A DNA stretch of 56,864 nt, the filler included, from Basidiobolus ranarum (lineage: Eukaryota): the NCBI GenBank assembly GCA_040143965.1. It is 6 parts of 6 records of this genome, joined end to end, with 100 filler letters (N's around TTAATTAATTAA, not from the genome) between each part and the next. Parts side by side here need not be neighbours in the genome. Positions count along the whole stretch, not along the records: positions 19,022 to 28,417 come from JASJQH010000831.1; positions 28,518 to 37,909 come from JASJQH010000832.1; 4 more parts are not named here. The stretch is one strand, 5' to 3'. A program made the translations under genes and the position numbers. How positions within the stretch are numbered: the first letter of the stretch is position 1; each line of letters starts with the position of its first letter. A model generated the notes under the pieces. It was given only the letters and a program-made list of their open reading frames with translations, searched no databases and had not been told where the DNA came from. Shown here piece after piece: positions 24,237 to 36,174 of the stretch.

Positions 24237-25257
24237 ATGAGTCAATCACGTAGAGAGGGAAGAGGAAGTATTTCAGAATCATTGGCAGATACGCTAATCG
24301 CCAATAACAGCTCAGTAGATAGATCGGTTGCTGACGTGGTGTTGCCCAAATCCGAAAAACGTGGACAAGGAATGGATCAGTTCCGTTATACAAATAGTGC
24401 GAATGATAGATATCTGTTGAGTACAGAGCATGCGATCCATGAAAATTGGACAAAGTCCAAATGGATTCTACTTACGGCAAACAGTTTGGTAAGTGATTTG
24501 TTGATACATGGCTTTGAGGACAAGTAGGCTTACACGAATTGTAGATGCTAGTGATGTCGCTTTGCATTTTCTTCTTCATCTTGATAACCTATTCCAGAGG
24601 TAAATCTGAACAAATTCAATAGTCACCATCTGCAAATTCTTAACTTTTGGTACAATTAAATTGTAAAGGTTATCTTCGGGCTGAGGTACTGGTTACCGGA
24701 AACAGTGGCTTAATGGGGATCATGACAGTGTTCAGCTTAGTTGGGATTGCTAACTCGGTAATTGGGTACTACGGAATCTTGAATAATGACCGTAAAATCT
24801 TGGCCATATGGGCTCTAATTCTGTGGGTAATGCTCATTTTAATCGCAATTGTTGGCTATTTGGCATACAAACGCCAACTGTGGAACTTGAGGGCGAAGCT
24901 GGGTCACCAATGGAGATATTTCGGCTATCAAGAACGACTCAACATTCAAAACAATGTGAGATTGTTTCATACCTAGTCAAAAGCGCTTCAACTAACATTT
25001 TTATATAGTTACACTGCTGTGGCTTCAAGGGACCTTTCGACCATGCTGCTCTTTCTAACAAATGCTACTTACGTAGTCTGCTGCCTGGGTGTTTAGGCAA
25101 ATACTATCGTTTCAGTGATCAAGCTCTGAAACTGATATACATTGTAGCCTTCTCCCTGTTGATCCCCCAACTATACATAATATTAGTTTCAATTCTATGC
25201 GCCAATCATGTTAACAACATATTCAACAAAAATCCTCCTCCTGCTGTGAATCGTTGA
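24237..25257 (+). CDS. Fungal tetraspanin, Tsp2-like (exons 24237-24488, 24545-24599, 24669-24955, 25009-25257)
   Basis: The spliced frame is open with four TM segments. WTKSKWILL precedes TM1, and the large loop reads IQNN|LHCCGF...KCYLRSLLPGC with the CCG motif. Confidence 0.88.
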
Positions 25258-25785
25258 GTATTCCCTTTAATAGGATAGATATAGTTTATTCACCTAGTTT
25301 ACGAATATCCACCACGATATCAACGCAATATCAATTTGTAATATGATCTCTTCAATATTAAATGTATAAATAACTTCATATTAATTAACCCGCGTGCTTT
25401 GCATGTATCAGATAAACTTTATGCAATCGAGATATCACTTGGAATTATTATACTATCTAATAAATTAGGTAATGGAATAAATTAAAATTCATCCAGCGTG
25501 ATATCATATATCATAAGGCAAACCTTAAAGTGATCAGTTGTATTACAGCCCGAATTGGTTTATTGAATATGATATAATATATGCTGTGAATATTCCTGTA
25601 GAAAAATCGCTCCTTTTTGCGCCAAAAACCATTTTAGCAATATCCCGTTATATCTCGTAATATTCACCTATGGAGATACAAACCTTGTGGCGTGTGTAGA
25701 AGTAGGTTCTATATAAGAGCGTAGAATAATCCTCTCTACTATGTCTGGCCATTTCAAATTAACCCATCCATACGAAACATAAAGA

Positions 25786-27612
25786 ATGAAACTTTCGAAC
25801 TTGGCTTCTGCCGTTGTATTGCTATCTTTATGCTCTTCCGAATTAGTAGAGTCTCGCAGGCTTACTAAACGCGATGAACAACAAAGTCGTAATAGTGGTA
25901 TCCCAGATAGTCCTCGTATTACTCCTCCGGGGCCGTTAGCAACAGGATCATATACTGCTCCAGAAAAACCCAAATACGACTACTCTGAAGTCTTACACAA
26001 ATCACAAATCTTTTATCATAGTCAAAGGTCCGGAAAACTTCCCTACCAACGATTGGCATGGCGTTCCGATTCATGTGTAGATTGCAAAGGAGAGTATGGT
26101 GAGGATCTAAGTGGAGCATGGTATGAAGCAGCAAACACCATGAAATGGTCTCAACCATTAGGTTTTACCATCATGCAATTGGCTTTCAATATATTGGCAT
26201 TTGGTGATGCTATGGAATCCGTCAACGAAAAGACTGAAGCTATGGAAAACCTCAAATGGGGTACCGATTACTTAATTAACGCTCATCCTACTCCACTTGC
26301 TTTTGTGGCCCAATTGGGTACCTCTGCTATAGGTTCAACTGATATAGATTTCGGCTATTTTGGACCACCAGAGTTTTATGATCAATATGTTCCTCTCGGA
26401 ATCAAGCGTACCGCCTTCTACGTCACTCCTGAGAATCCCTCCTCAGAAATTCTTGGCATTGCCTCAGCCGCTATGGCCGCTTCATCTATGGTGTTCAAAG
26501 AGTCTAATCCTGATTATGCCAAGACTCTACTTGAACATGCAGCTCAGCTATACAAATTTGGTACAACTCATCAAGGAACCTTCATGGCCTCCAATAATAG
26601 TAACTGGACTACCGTTAAGGAATGGTATCCTTCCACCAACTGGAAAGATGAGCTTGCTTTAGCTGCTACTTTCCTTTACCAAGCTACCGACGATAAAACC
26701 TATCTTGACGAGGGTATAAAATGGTATGATGCTGCTAACACCGGAGGTTACGAATGGTCATGGGATGATCAAGAAAATGCTTGTCACGTTCTCTTATATC
26801 ACATCACTAAACAGGATGTTTATAAGCAGAATGCTCGTAAATTCTTTGATGCTTGGCTTCCTGGCCCCCAGCAAACTGTAAAGCAGTCTCCGCGCGGTCT
26901 CTCTTACATTGAGAAATGGGGTTCATTATCTTATTCGGCCAATGTTGCTTTCGCAATGATTTACCATGCCAAAGATCTCGGTTATGATGACCCATACTCT
27001 CAAAAACTTTTAAATCATGCTACTCAACAGATGAACTACATCTTGGGTGATTGTGGTAAATCCTGGGTAGTTGGATTCGGTAACGATTCTCCTCAGAGAC
27101 CTTATCATAAATCCAGTTACAATTCCTATATCGATTATCCCATGAGGGGTCAATCACAGGGTGCAGTAGGCAATGATTTCTTGAATAGTATGACCAAGAA
27201 TCGCTTCATTCTTTATGGAGCTTTAGTTGGTGGTCCTGATACTGATGATTCATACTTTGATGATCGTAACAATTATGTTTACACTGAGGTCACGCAGGAT
27301 TATAACGCTGGCTTCCAAGGTGCATTGGCTGGATTGATCGATTGGTATGGGTCTTCCAACTTCCAAGCCTTTACTGATTGCAATTTAGATCTTGGTTGGA
27401 GTCATCCTAATGTTACGGCTAAACAACCAAAATACCCCGAGGACGATTGTTATCATACTTGTAACACAAATTGCGGGAACAAGAATGATTCTCCGTCAGT
27501 ATCCACCAATAATGACTCTGAGAAACCTGATACAAGTGACGCTAACTCAATACTGTTTGGAGGCATATTAATTGGTCTTACTGGGCTCTCGACCCTGTTC
27601 TTTACAATTTAG
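25786..27612 (+). CDS. Glycoside hydrolase family 9 protein, secreted and probably GPI-anchored
   Basis: Intronless 608 aa with an N-terminal signal peptide. Motifs FYHSQRSGKLP, WRSDS, DLSGAWYEAAN, KWGTDYL, QMNYILG, LYGALVGGP and TEVTQDYNAG. A Ser/Asp/Asn-rich linker leads to a hydrophobic C-terminus. Confidence 0.93.
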   Translation: MKLSNLASAVVLLSLCSSELVESRRLTKRDEQQSRNSGIPDSPRITPPGPLATGSYTAPEKPKYDYSEVLHKSQIFYHSQRSGKLPYQRLAWRSDSCVDCKGEYGEDLSGAWYEAANTMKWSQPLGFTIMQLAFNILAFGDAMESVNEKTEAMENLKWGTDYLINAHPTPLAFVAQLGTSAIGSTDIDFGYFGPPEFYDQYVPLGIKRTAFYVTPENPSSEILGIASAAMAASSMVFKESNPDYAKTLLEHAAQLYKFGTTHQGTFMASNNSNWTTVKEWYPSTNWKDELALAATFLYQATDDKTYLDEGIKWYDAANTGGYEWSWDDQENACHVLLYHITKQDVYKQNARKFFDAWLPGPQQTVKQSPRGLSYIEKWGSLSYSANVAFAMIYHAKDLGYDDPYSQKLLNHATQQMNYILGDCGKSWVVGFGNDSPQRPYHKSSYNSYIDYPMRGQSQGAVGNDFLNSMTKNRFILYGALVGGPDTDDSYFDDRNNYVYTEVTQDYNAGFQGALAGLIDWYGSSNFQAFTDCNLDLGWSHPNVTAKQPKYPEDDCYHTCNTNCGNKNDSPSVSTNNDSEKPDTSDANSILFGGILIGLTGLSTLFFTI

Positions 27613-27958
27613 CGCGCAACATCATGCTTAGAGGATAATTAATTCTTTGTAACAGGCAGTTTCATCCCTTCAAAGGTTATCTCATATATATTTTCACTAC
27701 CTCCCTCTCTCATGACTATGATAGATTTTGTATTTTACTTTATATAATAAGCTAAGAATATACTTGACTTAATAGCATAAATGATCCGACCTAATTTAGT
27801 GTGAGAAAATTCTTCTAGAACATCATTGACTAATCCAGCTGAGTGAACATTCTTGTCAAAGAAGATTGCGGTGTTTGAAGTTGGGCTTATTTATTGTGAA
27901 AGATGAAGTTTCAAATAACATACATCCCAAGTATTTTGATAAGATCACCATATTTCCT

Positions 27959-28417
27959 TTACATGAACATTCCACCGGGGCCACCTCCGAAGCCTCCGCT
28001 ACCAGGTCCAAATCCACTACCAGATCCCTTTGAAACCGAAAAGCAATATTTAAAAATATGGACTTTGAATGTAACTAATTTAACTGTATATTTACCGGTG
28101 GTGGAAGATGATCATGGTCCGGTTCTCCGCTAGGAAAGATGAATTAATGTTATTAAAATGGTTTTGTCTCCAATCTAAAATCCCTCATCCTTACCTAAAA
28201 CCGCCACGTCCACGTCCTCGATTTCCCCCTTGGAATCGACCTTGGCCTGGCTGTCCTCCGAAGGGCCCAATAGGATCAAATCTTGCTCCTGGTGGTACTG
28301 ACCCTCTATGTACGGATAATGTTAAGCTCGTTCAGAGTTCAATATTACAATTAGTGTATGTTCTTACCTTGGGAGCGGGTTCGGTCCTCCAAAGATTGGG
28401 TTTTGGTCATAATCATC
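27959..28417 (-). CDS. PI31: Proteasome inhibitor PI31 (PSMF1/Fub1), 3' part (exons 28368-28417, 28195-28305, 28096-28129, 27959-28027)
   Basis: Spliced product ...GSVPPGARFDPIGPFGG...GEPDHDHLPPPGSG...GMFM* has the PI31 Pro-rich C-terminal motifs and an HbYX-like end. Absent from the ORF track. Confidence 0.88.
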
Positions 28418-28517
28418 NNNNNNNNNNNNNNNNNNNNNNNNNNNNNNNNNNNNNNNNNNNNTTAATTAATTAANNNNNNNNNNNNNNNNNNNNNNNNNNN
28501 NNNNNNNNNNNNNNNNN
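28418..28517. other. Artificial contig-joining spacer
   Basis: N44-TTAATTAATTAA-N44. Confidence 0.99.
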
Positions 28518-29664
28518 CTTTGCACTCAAACAGGACTGGAGAGGCGGCACATGAGAAGCATTTGAATTTAGTTCACAAACTAATGAGAAAGCACTGATTT
28601 CTATTCTATAACTAGACAAACACGAGTGGTGGGAGCTGATCGACTATCATTTGAGGCTGTATTGTTAATCAGTAGTCTTAATTACATTCCCGCTAGAATG
28701 AAGTTGAGTGGGCTTTCTCACAACATTCTGATATGATTGAATTTGTCAGCGTAGCTTGGATCGAACTTATCATTAACCCAGTTCTATCCCACTTTCATTC
28801 ATCGACACTGCCTACTTCACCAGAAATAGAATTGGTGGTGAGAGAAGTCGATGTGTATAACTACATTGCTTCTTGGAAAATAAAATCAAGATTAAGATAG
28901 TTTTCGTCTGTATACAGATAAGCCCGCGTTATAGTCACTTCGATGGATAAAATGTCTTCAGGACTGAAATTCTCTATGCTTGTTCGTAGTTAGCCTTGTT
29001 TGGAGGAAAAGAGCCATCCTTTCAACTGTACAGACTCTAGTAGTAATATTAGTCACGATTTTTAATCTCAAAGTGCGGAAAAAAACGAGCTCTCTTGGTG
29101 ATAAATGAATTTAACTTATTGGGAAAGAGGTCTTAGAGATTACAGTAATAACAATCCCTTGGCATTTTATCTCCAGGGGTGTTGTAACAGCTCCAGTTGA
29201 AATCTCTCAAGAAGAAATTCTTTGAATCTCGAGCTGAGCCAACTCTAACACAAACCAAAGGAGAAATTCAAGAGTGAGATTTGCTGCGATAAGCAGTATT
29301 GTAATATATCTAATAGAACTACGCCAAAGAATTTCCGTGTTGGAACGGCGTAATTGTCAAAGGAATCACACACTATTATGCTAACACGAGGGCTTCTATC
29401 ATACTTGGGCAAGTGGTGGTTCAATATATACATAATATAAGTTTTGGATTACTGTTTGCAAATTCCCTTATTCACTCAATTTCATTAAATAGCACTATTA
29501 TCCAAGTAATTCCTGGATATTTGGAGTTTTTGATTTTTATTGGTAATCGTGCTGAGTAGCCTTGAGATTTTTTCGATATTAATCATTAATGGCATATTGC
29601 ATCCTAATGAGATATCCTTTAAGGAATACTTACTCTTTCGTAGATACAAATAACACTCGTAAAT

Positions 29665-30895
29665 ATGTCCTCTTCTGCTAATCGTAATAAAGTGTTGGTG
29701 ATCGGACGCAAAGGAACAGGAAAACACGACCTAATTCAAGGTAATGTGTCCCTTTATATCTATTTATAAAGCATTCTTTCGAACTGAATGTATGATTCTT
29801 CTACCTTTGCAACCAAAACAGCCATCTTGAAGCAAACCAAAAGTCCTTCCAGTGACAAAGATATAGTTGGCTGTTTGTTACGTAATAAGTACTATACTGC
29901 TTTCATAGAGTTTGTCCTAGACGATACCGAACCAAGCTTATCTTCAGAAGTGATAGAGGCTTTTGAGGAGCTTGGCGAAGTGTTCGATGGAATAATATTT
30001 GTTGGTGACAAAAATAAGGTAAAGAGAATTACGTATATATATATATATATTAATTTAGAAAAGTTAAAGATGGATAGAAATCTTTGGAAACGAGTCAATA
30101 TTGACTATTTTCTTTTGAATCCTGTTTCAGAAAGAAACGTTTGAGGACTTAAAGCCTTGGTTGGGGTTCACAAAAGAGTTTGAGCTTGGCGTATGTCTAT
30201 GCATAGGTAATAGTGTCTCCAATACAAATGCCGAGAATACTAAGGTCGATGCAGATGAAATCGACGACTGGTGTCTTGAACATGGATTTGAGTACATAGA
30301 TATGGAAGAAACATCACAGAATGGTAACTATCGATCAATCAACATGATTCGTAAGAAGTACTGTACAAACATCAAATATTTTCAGAAACCTCTGGTGTAC
30401 ATAGAATTGTTGAAGCTTTAGAATCACATAGATGGGATGGAATGATAATGAATGGCGAAGATGAAGAAGAAACCAAAGACTCTCCCGAGAAGCTCCAAGA
30501 TGAGGCGTGGATGAAAAGTAAGTAGGCTCTTTAGATATCTATAAAGTGTATGTATCCACTAAACATCCCCCACAACAGACATGCTGAAATCCAACGAAAT
30601 CGAATCGATTGAAAGTGAAGGTTAGCTGTTCATTCCCTGACATTTCATAGCGCATACCGCAAGTTGACATTTATCATGGAATTCTGTAGATTTGCCGGAT
30701 ATTAACGAAGTTCAAGCTTTGCATCAACAGCTCTTTGGTGATATAGATCTGAATGATGACAACAATGGCTTAGACAAGGCGTTTGAATTGATTCTAAGCC
30801 TTAAAGAGCAATCAAAAGATATGTCTGAAGCTGAGCGTCGAAAGCTTGCAACCAAAGTAGCACTATCCTTTGGTCTACAGTTGGAGAAGGAGTAA
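29665..30895 (+). CDS. AAGAB: Alpha/gamma-adaptin-binding protein p34 (AAGAB/Irc6-like), about 6 exons
   Basis: N-terminal pseudo-GTPase KVLVIGRKGTGK, then NKYYTA, WCLEHGFEYID and GVHRIVEALESHRWDGM, and a C-terminal RRKLATKVALSF. GT-AG introns at 29741-29821, 30019-30130, 30324-30385 and further downstream. Confidence 0.88.
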
Positions 30896-30988
30896 CTGAA
30901 TAAATCTCATCTTTATTATTAAAAGCACTAAAAGCGCAGCTTTATTGAGAAGCCCGTCCTAAGCATCACATATTAACCAAGAATAAAT

Positions 30989-32858
30989 TTAAACCATATA
31001 CCAAGACGTGTGTTCGGACAGAGAATATTCCCAAATGGCGAATTTCCTGTCGTAGATCCAAGAGGCTATTTGATGGTCAAACAGGGTGTCGTACGGAAGA
31101 TCCCAAACTTCTAGGTGATTTAGATATTTGGCTTTGTTTCTGAAAGAATCTAGTGACTTGAGGGTCAGCGTATTAGGCAGATAGGCAGTGTGTAGATTGG
31201 GCGCGTACCGTTGCAAAAGTTCCAAGATTCCATCGTCCACTTCCCATCCAGCTAGGTTCAGGTCAGTCAAGCGGTTTCCACACGACTTGAGGTAATTCTT
31301 TAGAAGGGTAACATTTATCTTCTCATTCTCAGGATACTGGATGTGAATGGAGCGCAAATTTGTGCAATATCGCGCCAATATTTCAAATATGTTGCTAGTG
31401 ATTCGGTTTTGGCCGATATTTAATTCATTCAACGTATTCCCAACATGTCGTAACAGAGGCACCAACATCGAATCATGTGCCTGATTGTCCAACAACGACA
31501 GCTTTCTCAAGTTCGTACAAAAGACACCAATCAGCTCCCCAAATCTATCATTATTGCAAATGCCACCATTTAAGGTTAGATTGGTCAGGTTGACCCCGCA
31601 TTTGGTGAAAAGCCCTTTCCATGCAATGTAGTGCTCGTACATTCGTGAGTTTGGCGCATCGACATTCTTGATCTCAAGTTCGACAAGTTCTCTGGTGAGA
31701 TATTTCGACAGAATATCCACATCTTCCACCTCCAACAAAACGTTACATAAAGTGAGTCTTTTTAGTCTACCGCCATAACTAGATAGAAGCCCCTCGAATA
31801 CTTTACGCGATATCATAGTGGCCTCATCGAAGCCAAGGATCAGAGAGCTCAGTTTGAGCAATTGGTGCTCGACTAACTCTTCGATAAGTGGGCTTGTTCT
31901 AAGAGAACCAACGTGAAATCGAAGGGACTCTAAGTGCAGGCAATGCGTCGACATCAGTGAGAGCACGTTATTAGGGACCTGGTACGTTTTTAACACAAAA
32001 CATTGCAAATTCGGCAAAAATGGCATCAAATTAGAAAAGAAATCCGGGTCAACCGTAGCGAGATTCAGATGCAGTCTGGTTAGATTCACAAATGGTGTCA
32101 GTTGCGCCTGGTATTGCTCAGTTCGCTGTGTAGATACCATTCTGTCCGAGCAAATGAACTTCAACTCTGCCAAAGATTTCGTAGATTTTAGCACCTGGAT
32201 CATTTCTTCCAGACAGTCCGAGGTAACATTTCTTGTATCCAGATACGATACATATCGCAGCTTTGGTAGCCCCTTTACGACACTGGCTAGCCAAAGTTCG
32301 GTCATATATGATGGGCTGATAAATGGCAGCTTGATACTTTCTAATTCTGGTAAATAATCTAGCATTTCGAGTATCTCCTCTGCACTTTCAAAATATTTGT
32401 CAATGATGTTCAATTTTTTTACGTACTTCCCAACTAAAGGTTCAAAATATTAGTATGCTTTCTGCTGCTTTATGGTTCAATAAAGCCACAAAATAATCAA
32501 CATTTCCAAGAACAGACACTCATTCTCTCAAACTATGAAAGAACTTGTTCTCTCCTTTTCAGAAGAAGGTTACACCTCAATAAAATAACCAGAGCAAAGA
32601 TCCACAGTTCTGAGCTCGGAATGAAATCAATATACCTTTTTCATTTCTTTGGATTTGTGCACGGAATAGTTCTAATGCTTGAGGGGAGGAAAAGACTGGC
32701 GCATACCATATAAAAGGAGTAACTATGAAGTTCCACTTCTTAGAAACTAATGCCGCTGCGCACAGATCTACCAAACGCCCTTTGAAGCAAGTTAATACTT
32801 CTTTTTGAAGCTCACAAGGGATTTCCTCTAACCAAGATAGAGAATTTCTTTCTGCCAT
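30989..32858 (-). CDS. F-box/leucine-rich repeat (RNI-like) protein, multi-exon
   Basis: Exon 1 has an F-box-like LEEIPCELQKEVL...DLCAAALVSKKWN...WYAP. The long last exon has repeated LxxLxL/CxNLxxL units. Internal exon boundaries at about 32435-32635 are unresolved. Confidence 0.85.
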
Positions 32859-33189
32859 GTTCTCGTTCTCTCTGATCCGAAGGAATCTTTTGAAATAGAC
32901 AACGGTCAATATATTATGCGGTATACGTTCTTTTTAGTTGATGTAGTGGCTAAATAGAACGAAAGGTTTATTTTTCTTTACTGCGAAACTAATTTCCTCA
33001 TACTTTCTCCCCTCCCCCTTCTTCCTTGGCTTTAGTTGGTTACTTGAAACCTGAAACTAACAATATTTCCCTGATCACTTTCTACGCGTGATTGGCGCTT
33101 CAAGCACATAATATATCACAGTCACGCATTCGACCATTCAAATGCCAATAGAAATCGTCCATTCACAGATCACTCAACCAAACTTAAAA

Positions 33190-33420
33190 AATCGGGATTT
33201 CAAGACTGAATAAGGTCGAACAACCAGAGCAGATCACCAACCCCCAGTCCAGCTAGGATTATGGACTCTGGGCTCGAGGGAGATCCCCAAGGCCAGGATC
33301 GATACGAGCCACAGTGTCTGCCAATCAAGGTGATGAGTGGTGTTTGGCTGATGGTGGATCGTACAGATTAATGCACGCCTTTCCGACATCGAGGTAAACG
33401 AATTCAACCACACTCGCGGT
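33190..33420 (+). ncRNA. Candidate small structured RNA (unassigned)
   Basis: GC-richer island in an AT-rich intergenic region with several hairpins, including a long irregular stem TACGA-CCAC-TGTC-GCCAA / TTGGC-GATG-GTGG-TCGTA at about 33303-33363. Strand is uncertain. Confidence 0.3.
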
Positions 33421-33708
33421 AATTTATTTATCTAATATATAGCAATTCGTAGATGAAAGTTGACAAAGTAAACAAATGAGTAAGGATTCAGTAAACATAC
33501 GAAATAGTAGGTATGGTGGTGATTTACATCCACATAAAAATCTCTTCTGGAGTCAAAAATTGATCAACAGGCTTCAATATAAATCAGCGATGACCTAAAG
33601 AAAACAATATAGGTGAAGGGCAGCCATTGGCAGTATGAGGGGTAGAAGAATTGGTAGATAATGTGCTATTGTAATGCTTCATTCCGTTGATGTATCTTTG
33701 GGATCCAC

Positions 33709-36174
33709 TCAAGACCGACGGAACTTTGTAGCAACCTTGCGCTTTTGAGACATATTGAGGACAGCTGTAGGCAAGTTGAGTCAGAGCTTGATGAAATTCA
33801 ATATAGTGAATGCAATCATACCGTTCTTTCTCTTAACACGATCACCGTAGAAGTGTTGGGTCTTGAAATCCAAGATCGATTCGGGGACTGGCTTTGCTTC
33901 TACTTGGTTAGCCAGAGATACTACTTTGATGGAGCTAGATGGATGAATTAAATGAGTTGATTTTTGGCGAAGAGATGAAAGCAAACCCTGCAAACTATTT
34001 TACTTACCCAATGTCCTTTTCACCTTTGGTTTTCTTTGGCTGACGACTGGATTCCTCTAATTTGTCAAAGTCCTCTGTTCTAATATGCTTACCGCGTTTA
34101 GTGGGTTTTTTGGTTGGTCTGTAAATACCCGGAAGTAATATTAAGTTTTCATATATCAGTTTACTACTTGTTTGAAAAATTGATTACTTGGCTTCATCCA
34201 TATCAGCAATCATCTCTAGCATGTCCAATGGCAACGTAGTAGGGATTTCAAGAGGCGTGGATTCTTCATCTTCCATTTCAAACTCTACTTCTGGAAGTTT
34301 CTGATACACAGCACGGGTTTTTTTGGCTGCTTTCTGTTGCTTTAGCTTCGTGTCTGTTTCGCGTCTTTTGTTCTTCTGCTGATCCGCAAGTCTTTAAAGA
34401 ATGAGGGTCATCTTTCCGTAGATATAATATGCTTGAAAATAAGTGAAAATTACCTTTGTGCGGCTTCACGCTCTTGCCTTTTAGCTTCCAATGCAGTAGA
34501 TTTACCAGAACTCATAGAAATAGCTTCAGGTGCGTCGTCATCACTGTCACTATCTTCTGATTCCCTCAATGGTTCAAGCTCGTTAGGTACATGATCATCA
34601 TCCGCAGATTCTACGGGCATTTCCATCTCCTCATCAGATTCAACACCAGAAGTAATCTCAGTAGTATCTTCCTTAGGAGTGGCTGCAATAGGCGCATCTT
34701 GTTGAGAAATAGCTGCTCTGGGTGTATCTTGCTTAGGAGTAATTACTCTGGGTGTATCTTGCTTAGGAGTAGCTGCTCTGGGTGTATCTTGCTTAGGAGT
34801 AGCTGCTCTGGGTGTATCTTGTTTAGGAGTAGTTGCTCTGGGTGTATCTTGCTTGGGAGTAGCTACTCTGGGTGAATTTTGCTCGAGAGTAGTCACTCCA
34901 GGTTCATTTTTTTTGGGAGTAACTTCTTTAAATGTGTTTTGGGGCTGTGCAATATTTGAAGAGGTTTGGTCGGAAATAGTTTCCGAAGTTATGGTGTCCT
35001 CTCGGTTATATCCTTGCATAATGCTATCCGCTTTCTCAGTAACATTCTCTATTTTGTTTAAATTACTGTGCATAATATATGTCTCTGTAACTTTAGTTTC
35101 TGTAACTTCACGAATTAATTTGGATGTGGTTTGACTAGAACCTGCTTCAACTTCTACTGACATCGATGAAGTTGATTCTTGTGTGATCATATCATATTCC
35201 ATTGGTTGGGTGTTAGAGCTATTCTTTTGTTGTAAAGGTGAATTTGGAGCAACATCAAATAAGCCTTGACGATCTTTTTTTGCCGACTAAGTTCAAAGAA
35301 AAGGTTAATTTGAGACCATTTGAAGTATACTATTTAAATAAGAGTTAAAACTATCACCACCTACCTCTGATATGGATTTTGCCTCGGGGGTGCCAGGTTT
35401 AAACGGGCTCTTAACATCTAAAGGTATAGATTTACTGCTGCTTAGAGTAGCAACAATACTAATTTCATCCTGTTTGTTCTCGTCACTCTCTTCTTGGCTT
35501 TGTACAAGATCACCAATAAGATTCCTCTTGGGTATCTTTTCTTTTCGGCCTCGGGTGACTGGTGCAGGTGTCTCCATAGTGGCTGCCCTTCTGCCTCTCT
35601 TGCTAGTGGTAGGTGTTTTTGCTGATAGAGTATCCGTAACAGTAGGACGAGGTTCAGTATTACGCGCACGGCTACGTAATCGTTTGACAAGTGGAGGGGA
35701 CGTCAGATCAGGCGCAGTTGAGGGCGATTGTTTGGGTTCCTCAATCTCTTGAGCTGTATCCATATGCTCAGGGGTTTTTATTTGTTCCGATTGTTCAGAT
35801 AACTCGACTGGTTCCATTTTGTTAGCAAGCCTACCTCTTGGCCGAGTAGTAGTTTTTGGAGCATCATTGGCTGATGAATCCACAACTTTAGAAACTCTAT
35901 TAACAGGTTGAGTTCTAGCTCTGTTTTCTGAAGATTGCCTAGTCTTTCTACCAATAGGAGTTTCAGCTTGGTCTTCCATAAGAGTTGGTTTATCTTTGGG
36001 CAAAGGAGTTTTAGATTCTTTGCTGGGTGAAGAAGGTTCCTCCACAGGTCTCTCGTTTGTCCGAAGTCGGCTACGAAGACGTGAAGAAACAGGGGGAGAA
36101 GTTAGGTTTCGAAGAGCAGTTTTAGGAGTGGAAGGGATTTCACCTCTCAGTTTGCGTGGAGTTTTGGGTGGCAT
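33709..36174 (-). CDS. Largely disordered protein with a C-terminal U3 snoRNP-associated (Bud21/Utp16/NOL7-like) region, multi-exon
   Basis: Long low-complexity exons (35305-36174 and 34450-35202 frames) are followed by SDSDDDAPEAISMSSGK, PTTLPLDML, KRGKHIR, DFKTQHFYGDRVKRKN and AVLNMSQKRKVATKFRRS* after splicing. Family assignment is from motif recall. Confidence 0.65.
34666..34922 (-). repeat. Coding 30-bp minisatellite encoding xxTPKQDTPR
   Basis: Five exact TPKQDTPR units plus about four degenerate flanking units. Plus-strand unit is approximately CTCTGGGTGTATCTTGCTTAGGAGTAGCTG. Confidence 0.95.

Noticed and set aside
5905-27612. A polysaccharide synthesis/modification cluster made of the HAS-like synthase, GH9 and tetraspanin
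   Set aside because: HAS and GH9 are on different contigs joined artificially, so there is no evidence of linkage.
27903-28473. Plus-strand Pro-rich ORFs in the ORF track
   Set aside because: They are antisense shadows of the Gly-rich PI31 exons.
28518-29433. Minus-strand gene divergent from AAGAB
   Set aside because: Splice-like signals exist, but I could not assemble a stop-free frame. It may be a pseudogene.
33205-33410. Assignment as SRP RNA, RNase P/MRP, U3 or U11
   Set aside because: Only isolated short resemblances. The required helix 8 tetraloop, P4 pairing or conserved boxes are missing.
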